Origin: Hydrolagus colliei
Lineage: Eukaryota
Reading direction: 5' to 3'
Length of the DNA: 64,000 bases
Assembly: GCA_035084275.1 (NCBI GenBank)
Contig: CM068758.1
Location: 248,001-312,000, forward strand
Positions 53,172-61,220 of this stretch are shown piece by piece (positions within the stretch are counted from its first letter, which is position 1; every line of letters starts with the position of its first letter). Both the position numbers and the translations under genes were made by a program. The notes below the pieces were generated by a model. It was given only the letters and a program-made list of their open reading frames with translations. It had not been told where the DNA came from and did no database searches.

Positions 53172-56100
53172 TTGTTGTTGTTGTGGTGGTGGTGGTGGTG
53201 GTGGTGCTGAAATTCATTTACTCAGTAGAGACGTAACCAGACAGACCTTCTATTGTTCTAGCCGAAAACAGTGAGCTGAGCCGAACGCACGATGAATCCA
53301 ACAGCAGACTGATCCAGGTGACCAGGATCAAAACTACCCTGAGCTCGCAAGTGGATGATTTCAAAAGGCAGGCCGAGGAGGAGTCAAAGGTGAGACAAGC
53401 TCCAAGTCGGTTCCTCACTGGATTGAGTCAGAGTTTCTTTGGGGGATGAGAGTGACAATGGCGTGTTTGATGAGCAGCATATTTTTCTCTCGAATTATCT
53501 CCAGATATAGACATGTATTATCTATAGCTTGTTCATTCACATGGTGGCTGTTTGTCGGACGTCACTTACGGCCAAATTGGCTGCTGCGTCAGCCAATCAA
53601 ATATACTGTCGCTGCACTTTATAGTATATCCCAGGATGTGCCTTTCCCCCCTCCCCCTCCACCCCGATGTGAAAGGAACTGACTCAAATATAATCATTGA
53701 GTATTTTAGGGAGCGTAGCATTGGTATATAGTAGTTTCTCAATTGTCAATGGAGGTACTGCAATTGTATAACACACCAGCCTCCTGGTGGTGGCGCTGGT
53801 GAGCTGGTGGATGGCACACACACACACACACAGCAACACAACATTGGAGGCCGAGGTCAAAGCAACAACAACAACGACGACAACAAAATTACATTGATAG
53901 AGCGCCTTTCACGTCGGGAGGACATCCCGAGGCGCTGGACGATCAGGTCGGGACCCGAGCACCGTTGCTACGGCTGTGATTTCATGGAAATTTCACAGGT
54001 TTGAAACTGCAGGGAAATAAAGACATTCGTGGGGATAAAATTCAATTGTGAAGAGTCTGCAGTGTCTGTCTGTCAGTGGACAGAATTGTGTCTTCATTTG
54101 CCAGTAACCATTGCGACTCGCACTAATAACCAGAAGTCAGCAAAGCAAACCTTACTTTGGGAGGTTTTGTGGCTAACCCATTGATCAGCGAGTTATGTGG
54201 CTGAAAAGGGAGATGACAACTGCTTCAGAGAGTTTCCTGAGGGCAAGTCACAAGCATTATGTCATTGCTAGCAGACTGTACAAGACTTAAATAATATTTG
54301 TTAGTGAAACCCAGCGACTTGGGTCATCTTTCCCAATGTGAAAGGAGCAATGCAAACACTCCTTTCCATGACTGATCCTGTCGATGTTGTGCTGCAGGCG
54401 AGGAGTGTGGCTATTGTGAGCCTGGCCAATGCCAAGCATGACTTGGCCCTGATAAGAGAGCAGCTCGATGAAGAGCAAGAGGCCAAGTCTGAGTTCCAGC
54501 GCCTGATCTCCAAACTCAACGCTGAGGTCACCACATGGAGGACCAAGTATGAGACAGATGCCATCCAGAGAACAGAGGAGCTGGAGGAGACCAAGTGAGT
54601 GTCAGCCTCACATACTATAATATACAGCCTCACATACCAGATTAATATATAACATACTATAAATACCAGTAGTGAGATTGCGATGTGACAAGTGTACAGA
54701 TTCCCAAACTCTCTCTCTCTCTGTTACCGTCTGTAGGAAGAAGCTGGCAGCTAGGCTACAGGAGGCTGAAGAGACATCGGAATCAGCCCAGGCCAGGGCT
54801 TCCAGTCTGGAGAAAGCTAAGCAGAGACTGACTGGGGAGGTGGAGGATCTCACCATTGAACTGGAGAAGGTACAAATTGACATCTTCTAAATTTTGTATT
54901 AAAGATGCTACGAATACAAAAACAGAAAGTCAATTCTCTCAGTGCCCTGGGAGAAACAATCCTCAGACTATATTGCTGTTTTATATCTATATGTGTGAAG
55001 GACTTTTGCCCACAAATATACAGTCAATTTTCCTACTCTTCTTCATCCTGCCCCGACACCTCCCCCCCTGCTCTTGTCCCTACCTGACTGTACAGCGCCT
55101 TGGGACGTCCTCTCAACGTGAAAGGCGCTATATAAATGTAAGTTTTAATTGATTTTTTCTTAGTGATTGTTTTCCTGCGGCCTCTCCTTCAGGCCAACGC
55201 TGCAGCCGCTGCCCTGGACAAGAAGCAGCGAGTCTTTGACAAGACGCTGGCTGAGTGGCAGCAGAAGTATGAGGAGTTACAGATTCAGTTAGACGTCTCA
55301 CAGAAGGAATGCAGGATCCACATGACTGAGGTCTACAAACTCAAGACCGTGTATGAAGAAGTTACGGACCAGCTGGAGAGTGTGAGGAAGGAGAGCAGGA
55401 ATCTGCAAGGTAATTAGTAATAACCCTTGCGTTTTTGATGCAGTGCTTTTCACATCGGAAGGATTTCACAAAGCGCTTTGCAGAATTTAATGTGGAGTAT
55501 AGTGACTGTGTATTTTTGTAGGCAAAATGCCTACAAACTTCCCACAAAACAGCCATGAAGTGAGCGACATTTAAAAAAAAAAAATGGCAGATGTTGGTCA
55601 GGACACCGAGTTAAACTTCCCCCTCACCCCACCCACATCCAGTGTGGACTGAAGTTTGTGAGTTACTCCATGGACCATCTTATCCATCTGTGACTGACTG
55701 ATGATGACTTGGGGGAAAGTCTGTGCCATGCCCACTGCTGTAATCTGGTGAACTCACCCTCTCTTTTGTGGTCTCTTCAGATGAGGTGAAAGACCTGGTG
55801 GACCAGCTCGGCGAGGGTGGGAAGAGCATCCATGAGCTCCAGAAGATAAAGAAGAAGCTAGAGATTGAGAAGGAGGAACTGCAGTTGGCATTGGAGGAGA
55901 GTGAAGCTACATTGGAGGTAACGTAGGCAATCCCAACATGATGTGTGGCAACAGAAGACTCAATCGAAAGACTCAGACTGATTGAGAGGCTCGCCCCCAC
56001 CCCATTAATAATAATTGACAGTAAGTTTTTACTCGCAAATGTTGGTACAGTTTTGGAGCATCCTGGGTGCGTTATTGATCCTGTTGAGATCCAACAAGTG

Positions 56101-59100
56101 CCTACAGTGTGACACTTTAGCTCGAGAACGATAAGTGATGTGAAAGGTTCAAAATGAGAGGGGAGAACAAAAGAAACCCAGGTCAGAACTGGGAGCCACG
56201 TTACTGGCTGCTGTGTCCTGATTGGTTTCTATCTCTTCAGGTCCAAGAAGCTAAGATTGTCCGTCTTCAGCTGGAGTTGGCGCAGGTCAAGGCAGATGTT
56301 GACCGAAGGATCCATGAGAAGGAAGAAGAATTCGAGATCACCAGGTACACAGTGCAACCTCGCGCGCTCTCTCTCCTTCTCCAGGTTAACAGTGAACATT
56401 TTAGAATCTGCCACCTCAGTAAAATGCCTCTCAATGATTTCATTTCCATTTCACGTATCTTAATGTACACTCGCAGGAAGAACCACCAACGCGCTATTGA
56501 GTCCTTGCAGGCCAGCCTGGAGGTGGAGTCCAAGGGACGTGCTGAGGCTCTCAGGCTGAAGAAGAAGATGGAATCGGACCTGAACGAGATGGAGATCCAA
56601 CTGGACCACGCCAACAAAAACAACGCGGAGCTGGTCAAAACCCTCAAGAAACTCCAGCAGCAGCTCAAGGTGATTTTAATAGAATTCTATTCCAACAATA
56701 ATCAACCTTGTTATTGAGTCCGATGTTCGATCAATACCTTGATAGTCTCAAATTACTCACAGTCATTACTTAATTGATCAATCCACAATTTGTGGAGCTC
56801 CTGTGGCTCAGTGGTTAGAGCGCTTGTCTTGCAAGCTGGGGAGACCTGTGTTCGACTCCAAGCAGGTCAGGGCGAAACCTTGGGCAAGTTTCCTTACTCC
56901 ACACGCCTAATAATAATCCGTCCAAAACAAACCACAATAATAAAATTAGTCATTTCAATCCACGACTGTGTGTGGGACGTTGCTGTGCACAATTGGCTGC
57001 CGCGATTCGCCCACAAATATATAGAGTCAGTTCACTTTACAGTATATTCTGTGACGCGCTTTGAGACGTCAATAAGATGCAAAATAAGATCAAATGCAAG
57101 GATTATTATTAATACATAAATTTGGAAACTTTCAACCCACCCAGAAATTTGAAAAGTTCTTTAAAGTCCCGATAGTAATTATGAAGCTGTTGAGAATTTA
57201 GTTGATTAAAATGTGCGTTCAAGGTTTCCAGACTGGTCGCCCTCACATTCTTTGTTCCCTCCCTCGCCTAAGGAGATGCAAACTCAGATGGACGAGGACT
57301 CTCGCCAACACGAGGAGCTTCGTGAGCAGTACAATCTCTCCGAACGCCGGGTCAGCCTGCTGCAGACGGAGCTGGAGGAAATCCGCAGCGCCCTGGAGGC
57401 CAGCGAACGCTCTCGCAAACTGACGGAACAAGAGATCATTGAAATCACTGAGAGATACAATGAGATCAACGTGCAGGTAAACACCGACCTCGCTCTCATC
57501 TGAACTTTCTCTATTGGGCTCAGTTGGGTTGTCCGGAAACCCACCCCAATACTCGAGGAGTCACTTCACAGTAAACCCTTGTGAAACGCTTTAACACATC
57601 TTCCTGATGTGAAACAGGATGTATTAAATGCACGGATTATTACGTTCCGCAGAAGGTAGCTCAGTGGTTAGAGCGCTCACCTTACAAGCATGAGACCTGT
57701 GTTTCAAATCCAGGCGGATCAGAGCGAAACCTTGGGCAAGTTTCCTTACTCCACACTCCTCATAATAATCCCTCCAAAAACCCCCACAATAATAAAATGG
57801 GTCATTTCAATCCACAACTGTTTGTGGGGATGCTGCTGTGCGCAATCGGCTGCCGCGTTTTGCCCACAAATATACAGTCAATTCACTTTACAGTGTATTC
57901 TGTGAAGCGCTTTGAGACATCGATAAGATGTGAAAAGCCGCTATATCAAATGCAAGGATTATTAATATTATTATTATATTGTGTAATATTATTATTATAT
58001 GGTCTGTGATGGATCACACGTCAGTCAGGGCTCAGTAACTCATGTCTGCCTTCTGCAAAGGAAATCCCAATATGAAGTGATTAACCTGGCCAGGCCATCT
58101 CTCTCCGCAGCACCAAACCATAGTGACCATCAAGCGGAAGCTGGAGAACGACTTTCAGCAGCTCACAAACACGTACGAGGAGCTGATCCACGAGTTCCGT
58201 GTGGCTGATGAGAAGGCAAAGAAAGCCATGGTCGATGTAAGTGTGGGACACCCCCCCCTCCAGCCAAATGCAACGTGCCTTTCTCCCATCCAGCGTCCGT
58301 GTACCCACCGTTTCCAGTCCCAATGCCCAGTGGGTTGGAACCAAGATGAGCCCATATTCAGCACCAATAACATTTAGTTATTGTTCTGGACAAGGGAATA
58401 TTGGAAATGCCAATGGAAGATGCTCTTCTTCGGTTGGAGTTGAGTTCTGTGCCTCAGCCAATGCAACCTTTGTTCTGGTTGGTATTGCCCTTGACCTGCG
58501 AGTCTACACTATTTTGTGTGGTGAGGATGTAAACGTCCTCCACTTTGTCGTGTTCGCAGGTGACCCGCATGTCGGAGGAGCTGCGGCAGGAGCAGGACCA
58601 TTGCATGCACCTGGAGAAGACCAAGAAGAACCAGGAACTCCACATCAAGGACCTGATAGTCAAGCTGGAAGAGTCCGAACAAATGGCCATCAAGGGAGGC
58701 CATCGCATCATTCAGAAGCTGGAGGCCAGGGTACGTAACACAAACAGTGGAGGGAATTGTCCATGGTAACAACTGTTCAAATGTGCGTGTGTGCCTCTAC
58801 TTATTTAACCTGCCCTTCCCCACCCCTTCCATCCCCTCCCCTCCCCTGCCCTCCCCTCCCCTCCCCGCGGTTTAGGTTAAAGAGATGGAGAGCGAGCTGG
58901 ACGTTGAGCAGAAACGCCACGTTGAAACGGTGAAGGCGCTGCACAAGAATGATCGGCGGCTGAAGGAGCTGGTCTTCCAGACTGAGGAAGACCACAAAAC
59001 CAACCAGCGCATGCAGGAGCTGGTGGAGAAACTGCAGGGCAAGCTCAAGAGCTACAAGAAGCAGATAGAGGAATCCGTGAGTGCCTCTCGTATTGCGTTT

Positions 59101-59723
59101 GCACATCGTAGGAACATCACAGTGAAGTCGAGGCAGCTAACTTGTAGAGTCGAGACAAACCAAGCGTGGGACTGATGCAGTTCACAACGGGGTACAGGCT
59201 GCTTGACTGGCCGTCAGGTGAAGCCTAGGAATTGTTGTAACGTTGCTCTGAAGCGATGTGTTGGCAAATCAAAGCGTGTATCTGGACGCCGCTGCGCCAA
59301 TTGGCCGCCATGTTTCACCCACAAAGTACGGTCAGTTCAGTTTACAGTGCGTGTTTCCAGCCAAGTCTCGGCGATGTGACAAGGCGCTGTACCGAATGCC
59401 AAGGATCGTTAAATCTTAAAAAGGTGTATTGACGTTTGGTCAGGTAGTGTTTACGTTGAACAGTTAAGCTGCGCAGTCCAATGGCTCCATTGTAACGCTG
59501 AGATTTCTCTGGGACACAGGAAGAGCAGGCTAACCAGAGCCTGACCAAGTACAGGCACACGGTGCACGAGCTGGATGACGCTGAGGAGAGAGCGGGAATA
59601 GCGGAGTCCGCCCTCAACAAACTCCGCACCAGGAGCCGCGCTGCATATGGCAAAGGTTACACCTCGGTCGAGATCATCCAAGTGGCCAAAACGTCCTCAT
59701 CCCCCAAATCAACCGAGTCCTGA
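36076..59723 (+). CDS. MYH16: Myosin heavy chain 16 (masticatory/superfast); complete, 43 coding exons, about 1946 aa
   Basis: MYH16-type N-terminus [13 protein letters not shown]-loop GESGAGKT, switch I NNNSSRFGK, switch II DIAGFE, SH1 helix, IQ region and coiled-coil rod. Exons sum to 5841 nt with all GT-AG junctions in phase. Divergent from KPNA7 as in human. Confidence 0.93.
36640..36783 (+). CDS. MYH16: MYH16 coding exon 2
   Basis: [19 protein letters not shown]...MRIY. Confidence 0.9.
37329..37485 (+). CDS. MYH16: MYH16 coding exon 3
   Basis: [17 protein letters not shown]...DMLM. Confidence 0.9.
38315..38342 (+). CDS. MYH16: MYH16 coding exon 4
   Basis: 28-nt exon, RENQSMLIT. Confidence 0.88.
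38605..38701 (+). CDS. MYH16: MYH16 coding exon 5 (P-loop)
   Basis: [32 protein letters not shown]. Confidence 0.9.
38724..39075 (-). mobile_element. Full-length tRNA-derived SINE
   Basis: Reverse complement of the head, core and (ATT)n tail seen at 14384 and 57655. Confidence 0.85.
39374..39466 (+). CDS. MYH16: MYH16 coding exon 6 (switch I)
   Basis: [31 protein letters not shown]. Confidence 0.9.
39906..39969 (+). CDS. MYH16: MYH16 coding exon 7
   Basis: [21 protein letters not shown]. Confidence 0.9.
40123..40221 (+). CDS. MYH16: MYH16 coding exon 8
   Basis: [26 protein letters not shown]. Confidence 0.9.
40371..40474 (+). CDS. MYH16: MYH16 coding exon 9
   Basis: [34 protein letters not shown]. 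Confidence 0.9.
40920..41058 (+). CDS. MYH16: MYH16 coding exon 10
   Basis: EAFDVLGF...[12 protein letters not shown]...TTE. Confidence 0.9.
41697..41815 (+). CDS. MYH16: MYH16 coding exon 11
   Basis: ADKVSHLM...[18 protein letters not shown]. Confidence 0.9.
41912..42292 (+). mobile_element. L2 3' fragment
   Basis: [12 protein letters not shown] motif and GTGAAAGGCGCTG...TTGTTG tail. Confidence 0.65.
42352..42501 (+). CDS. MYH16: MYH16 coding exon 12 (switch II)
   Basis: [17 protein letters not shown]...[13 protein letters not shown]. Confidence 0.9.
42733..42930 (-). mobile_element. SINE 3' half
   Basis: (TAA)n tail and Deu-like core on the minus strand. Confidence 0.75.
43287..43457 (+). 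CDS. MYH16: MYH16 coding exon 13 (relay)
   Basis: [32 protein letters not shown]...ELLEK. Confidence 0.9.
43649..43828 (+). CDS. MYH16: MYH16 coding exon 14
   Basis: [19 protein letters not shown]...LVHYAGN. Confidence 0.9.
43945..44071 (+). CDS. MYH16: MYH16 coding exon 15
   Basis: [20 protein letters not shown]...KEEEAK. Confidence 0.9.
44291..44349 (+). CDS. MYH16: MYH16 coding exon 16 (loop 2)
   Basis: [19 protein letters not shown]. Confidence 0.88.
44640..44779 (+). repeat. 14-bp minisatellite (TCTCTCCCTCACCG)n
   Basis: 8 perfect and 2 degenerate units, ending 11 nt before exon 17. Confidence 0.92.
44791..44878 (+). CDS. MYH16: MYH16 coding exon 17
   Basis: [29 protein letters not shown]. 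Confidence 0.92.
44908..45053 (+). mobile_element. CR1 3' end fragment
   Basis: AGATCAGCCATGA...GAGGGGCTGAATAGCCTACTCCTGCTCCTAATTC. Confidence 0.65.
45510..45627 (+). CDS. MYH16: MYH16 coding exon 18 (SH2/SH1)
   Basis: [39 protein letters not shown]. Confidence 0.9.
46022..46142 (+). CDS. MYH16: MYH16 coding exon 19 (converter)
   Basis: [20 protein letters not shown]...YKIGHTK. Confidence 0.9.
46755..46891 (+). CDS. MYH16: MYH16 coding exon 20
   Basis: [21 protein letters not shown]...LQCRLRG. Confidence 0.9.
46928..47093 (-). mobile_element. CR1 3' end fragment, inverted relative to 44908-45053
   Basis: GAATTAGGAGCAGGAGTAGGCCATTCAGCCCCTC...TCATGGCTGATCT. Confidence 0.65.
47531..47612 (+). 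CDS. MYH16: MYH16 coding exon 21
   Basis: [27 protein letters not shown]. Confidence 0.9.
47787..47960 (+). CDS. MYH16: MYH16 coding exon 22
   Basis: [20 protein letters not shown]...IQLQA. Confidence 0.9.
48132..48359 (+). CDS. MYH16: MYH16 coding exon 23
   Basis: [12 protein letters not shown]...LAKTEKEKQ. Confidence 0.9.
48778..48882 (+). CDS. MYH16: MYH16 coding exon 24
   Basis: SLDHRVRSL...[11 protein letters not shown]. Confidence 0.88.
48996..49082 (+). CDS. MYH16: MYH16 coding exon 25
   Basis: [29 protein letters not shown]. Confidence 0.88.
49413..49558 (+). CDS. MYH16: MYH16 coding exon 26
   Basis: [26 protein letters not shown]...; weak donor GTGTGT. Confidence 0.85.
49885..49975 (+). 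CDS. MYH16: MYH16 coding exon 27
   Basis: [16 protein letters not shown]...KEHQ. Confidence 0.88.
50072..50128 (+). CDS. MYH16: MYH16 coding exon 28
   Basis: [19 protein letters not shown]. Confidence 0.88.
50547..50633 (+). CDS. MYH16: MYH16 coding exon 29
   Basis: [29 protein letters not shown]. Confidence 0.88.
50976..51221 (+). CDS. MYH16: MYH16 coding exon 30
   Basis: [20 protein letters not shown]...RKKHSDS...QKTK. Confidence 0.9.
51619..51736 (+). CDS. MYH16: MYH16 coding exon 31
   Basis: [14 protein letters not shown]...KTRLT. Confidence 0.88.
52338..52954 (+). other. Intronic array of about 6 abutting predicted RNA hairpins; identity unknown
   Basis: Complementary arms found by eye; see findings. 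Not folded computationally. Confidence 0.4.
53138..53208. repeat. Compound trinucleotide microsatellite (GCT)n(GTT)n(GGT)n
   Basis: Direct reading of the sequence. Confidence 0.9.
53262..53389 (+). CDS. MYH16: MYH16 coding exon 32
   Basis: [15 protein letters not shown]...[10 protein letters not shown]. Confidence 0.88.
54398..54594 (+). CDS. MYH16: MYH16 coding exon 33
   Basis: ARSVAIV...[20 protein letters not shown]. Confidence 0.9.
54737..54869 (+). CDS. MYH16: MYH16 coding exon 34
   Basis: [12 protein letters not shown]...[11 protein letters not shown]. Confidence 0.9.
55005..55152 (+). mobile_element. SINE 3' half, variant tail type
   Basis: GCCCACAAATATACAGTCAATT core end joined to CAGCGCCTTGGGACGTCCTCTCAACGTGAAAGGCGCTATATAAA. 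Confidence 0.7.
55193..55409 (+). CDS. MYH16: MYH16 coding exon 35
   Basis: [17 protein letters not shown]...ESRNLQ. Confidence 0.9.
55781..55917 (+). CDS. MYH16: MYH16 coding exon 36
   Basis: [21 protein letters not shown]...ESEATLE. Confidence 0.9.
56241..56344 (+). CDS. MYH16: MYH16 coding exon 37
   Basis: [13 protein letters not shown]...[10 protein letters not shown]. Confidence 0.9.
56477..56669 (+). CDS. MYH16: MYH16 coding exon 38
   Basis: [11 protein letters not shown]...[15 protein letters not shown]...QQLK. Confidence 0.9.
56794..57112 (+). mobile_element. Full-length tRNA-derived SINE
   Basis: A and B boxes, Deu-like core, (ATT)n tail. Confidence 0.85.
57273..57476 (+). CDS. 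MYH16: MYH16 coding exon 39
   Basis: [19 protein letters not shown]...EINVQ. Confidence 0.9.
57655..57978 (+). mobile_element. Near full-length tRNA-derived SINE
   Basis: GTAGCTCAGTGGTTAGAGCG head through ATCAAATGCAAGG(ATT)n. Confidence 0.85.
58111..58236 (+). CDS. MYH16: MYH16 coding exon 40
   Basis: [14 protein letters not shown]...[10 protein letters not shown]. Confidence 0.9.
58560..58730 (+). CDS. MYH16: MYH16 coding exon 41
   Basis: [13 protein letters not shown]...IQKLEAR. Confidence 0.9.
58876..59076 (+). CDS. MYH16: MYH16 coding exon 42
   Basis: [14 protein letters not shown]...YKKQIEES. Confidence 0.9.
59520..59723 (+). CDS. MYH16: MYH16 coding exon 43 (stop)
   Basis: [25 protein letters not shown]...NKLRTR...KSTES*. 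Confidence 0.88.
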   Translation, partial: EEQANQSLTKYRHTVHELDDAEERAGIAESALNKLRTRSRAAYGKGYTSVEIIQVAKTSSSPKSTES

Positions 59724-60827
59724 GCTCCATCTCCTAGCTGGTAAGTCCCCTCATGCTCTTTCTGGGCGTTTTATGAGATGAATTAATACCACAGTACTAC
59801 CAATACTAACATTCCAAGCATTAACCATAGTGCTCTACTATGCTATTGTGACGTCAATCAATCAATCAATCAATCAATCAAAACTTACATTTATACAGCG
59901 CCTTTCACGTCGAGAGGCTGTCCCACAGAATTAGTGAGTTATTAATTACAGGAGTGAGTGAGAGAGAATAGCGTATGGGAGAGTGGGTTAGAAATAGAGT
60001 TGAGGCTTGTATGGGTCATAGGTACATATGAAGAATATATTCCTATGGACCAAACTCTGATCCATCTCCTTTATTTATGTTCTCAATGAACTATCTGTTT
60101 ACTGCTTGCCATCACACAGCAATAATCTTACTGCTTTACTTCTTGCATTCCTTCACACCTATTTCCCTGAGGTGTAGGTAGGATCCCCGAGATAGTGTTG
60201 CTAATAAACCAGTTGCTTTGTGTCAGTGAGTTCAATTCCTTGAATCGCATTCTGCCTTTGCTTCCCCCAAAACAATGGAGACGAACTGAGAGAGAGAGAG
60301 AGAGTGAGGGATCTGAATGTGATGAGACTTGCATCCCGCCACTCCATCCCTATTAAAACAACAACAAAATTACACTTGCGTGTGTATATATACATATATA
60401 TATAGCGCCTTTCATGTCAGGAGGATGTCCCATCGAAGGCCTGAACTTAGAAATCCACGCTATTAGCAATGACCGCGAAGGCCTTTCCATGAGTCAGAAT
60501 CTGTGAAGTGACATCATGTAAAGAAGCTTTTTGTGGCTTGTTGATGGTGAAGCCGCCCGGGGTGGAGGGCGTTGTTGTTGGTGGTTTGTGGCACGTCATC
60601 GCGCGGACTGCAATGCCTTTGGACGGGATCCAACGCACGTCACAACAACAACAACAAAATCTGTTTCTGATTCTGGATCTTGAGAAATCAATAACAAACG
60701 CAGAACACTCACTGCATGCTCCTCGTCACAACTCTAACCTTTCACTCTCTACAAGCAGCACCAGCTTCGATGGTGTCGTTCGGCTGTGGGTTTGTCTAAA
60801 TCCAACTCTTTTCCCTTTTGGTTTCAG

Positions 60828-61220
60828 GGTTACGCACAAGCTCCTTGATTGCTGCTCATTATCAGGTTGGGCTGAAGTTACCGATATATATAATGAAGCC
60901 TTTTCTCTTAACACTTCTGACGGAAGCTTTGATCAGAACAAGGCAGAGATGGATCTTCAACAAAGCCTTGAAAGATCCAACAATCGGTTAAGATGATCTC
61001 GCTTTATAGATACAGTAGATAGATAGATTATATACACGTGCTTAAACAGTCAAGGTCTTACTTGGTTACCCCCTTGTTGCCGCAAACCTGCGATAATGTG
61101 CCTTAAGTCTGGAATTCTGCGTGCTCACGTCAAAGATAGAGTCCGCATTTCTGTGTATAGCCCAGCTACCCCACCTTCTCTGATGATCTAAAATAAATCT
61201 CTTCATTGCAAGTCGCGAGG
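60828..61220 (+). other. Putative MYH16 terminal non-coding exon (3'UTR)
   Basis: Donor GTAAGT at 59741, strong acceptor TCTTTTCCCTTTTGGTTTCAG ending at 60827, AATAAA at 61192-61197 followed by a GT/T-rich tract. Confidence 0.55.

Noticed and set aside
36076-59723. MYH7/MYH7b/MYH15 assignment, or intronic miR-208/miR-499
   Set aside because: The N-terminus and synteny indicate MYH16. No miR-208 or miR-499 mature sequence was recognised.
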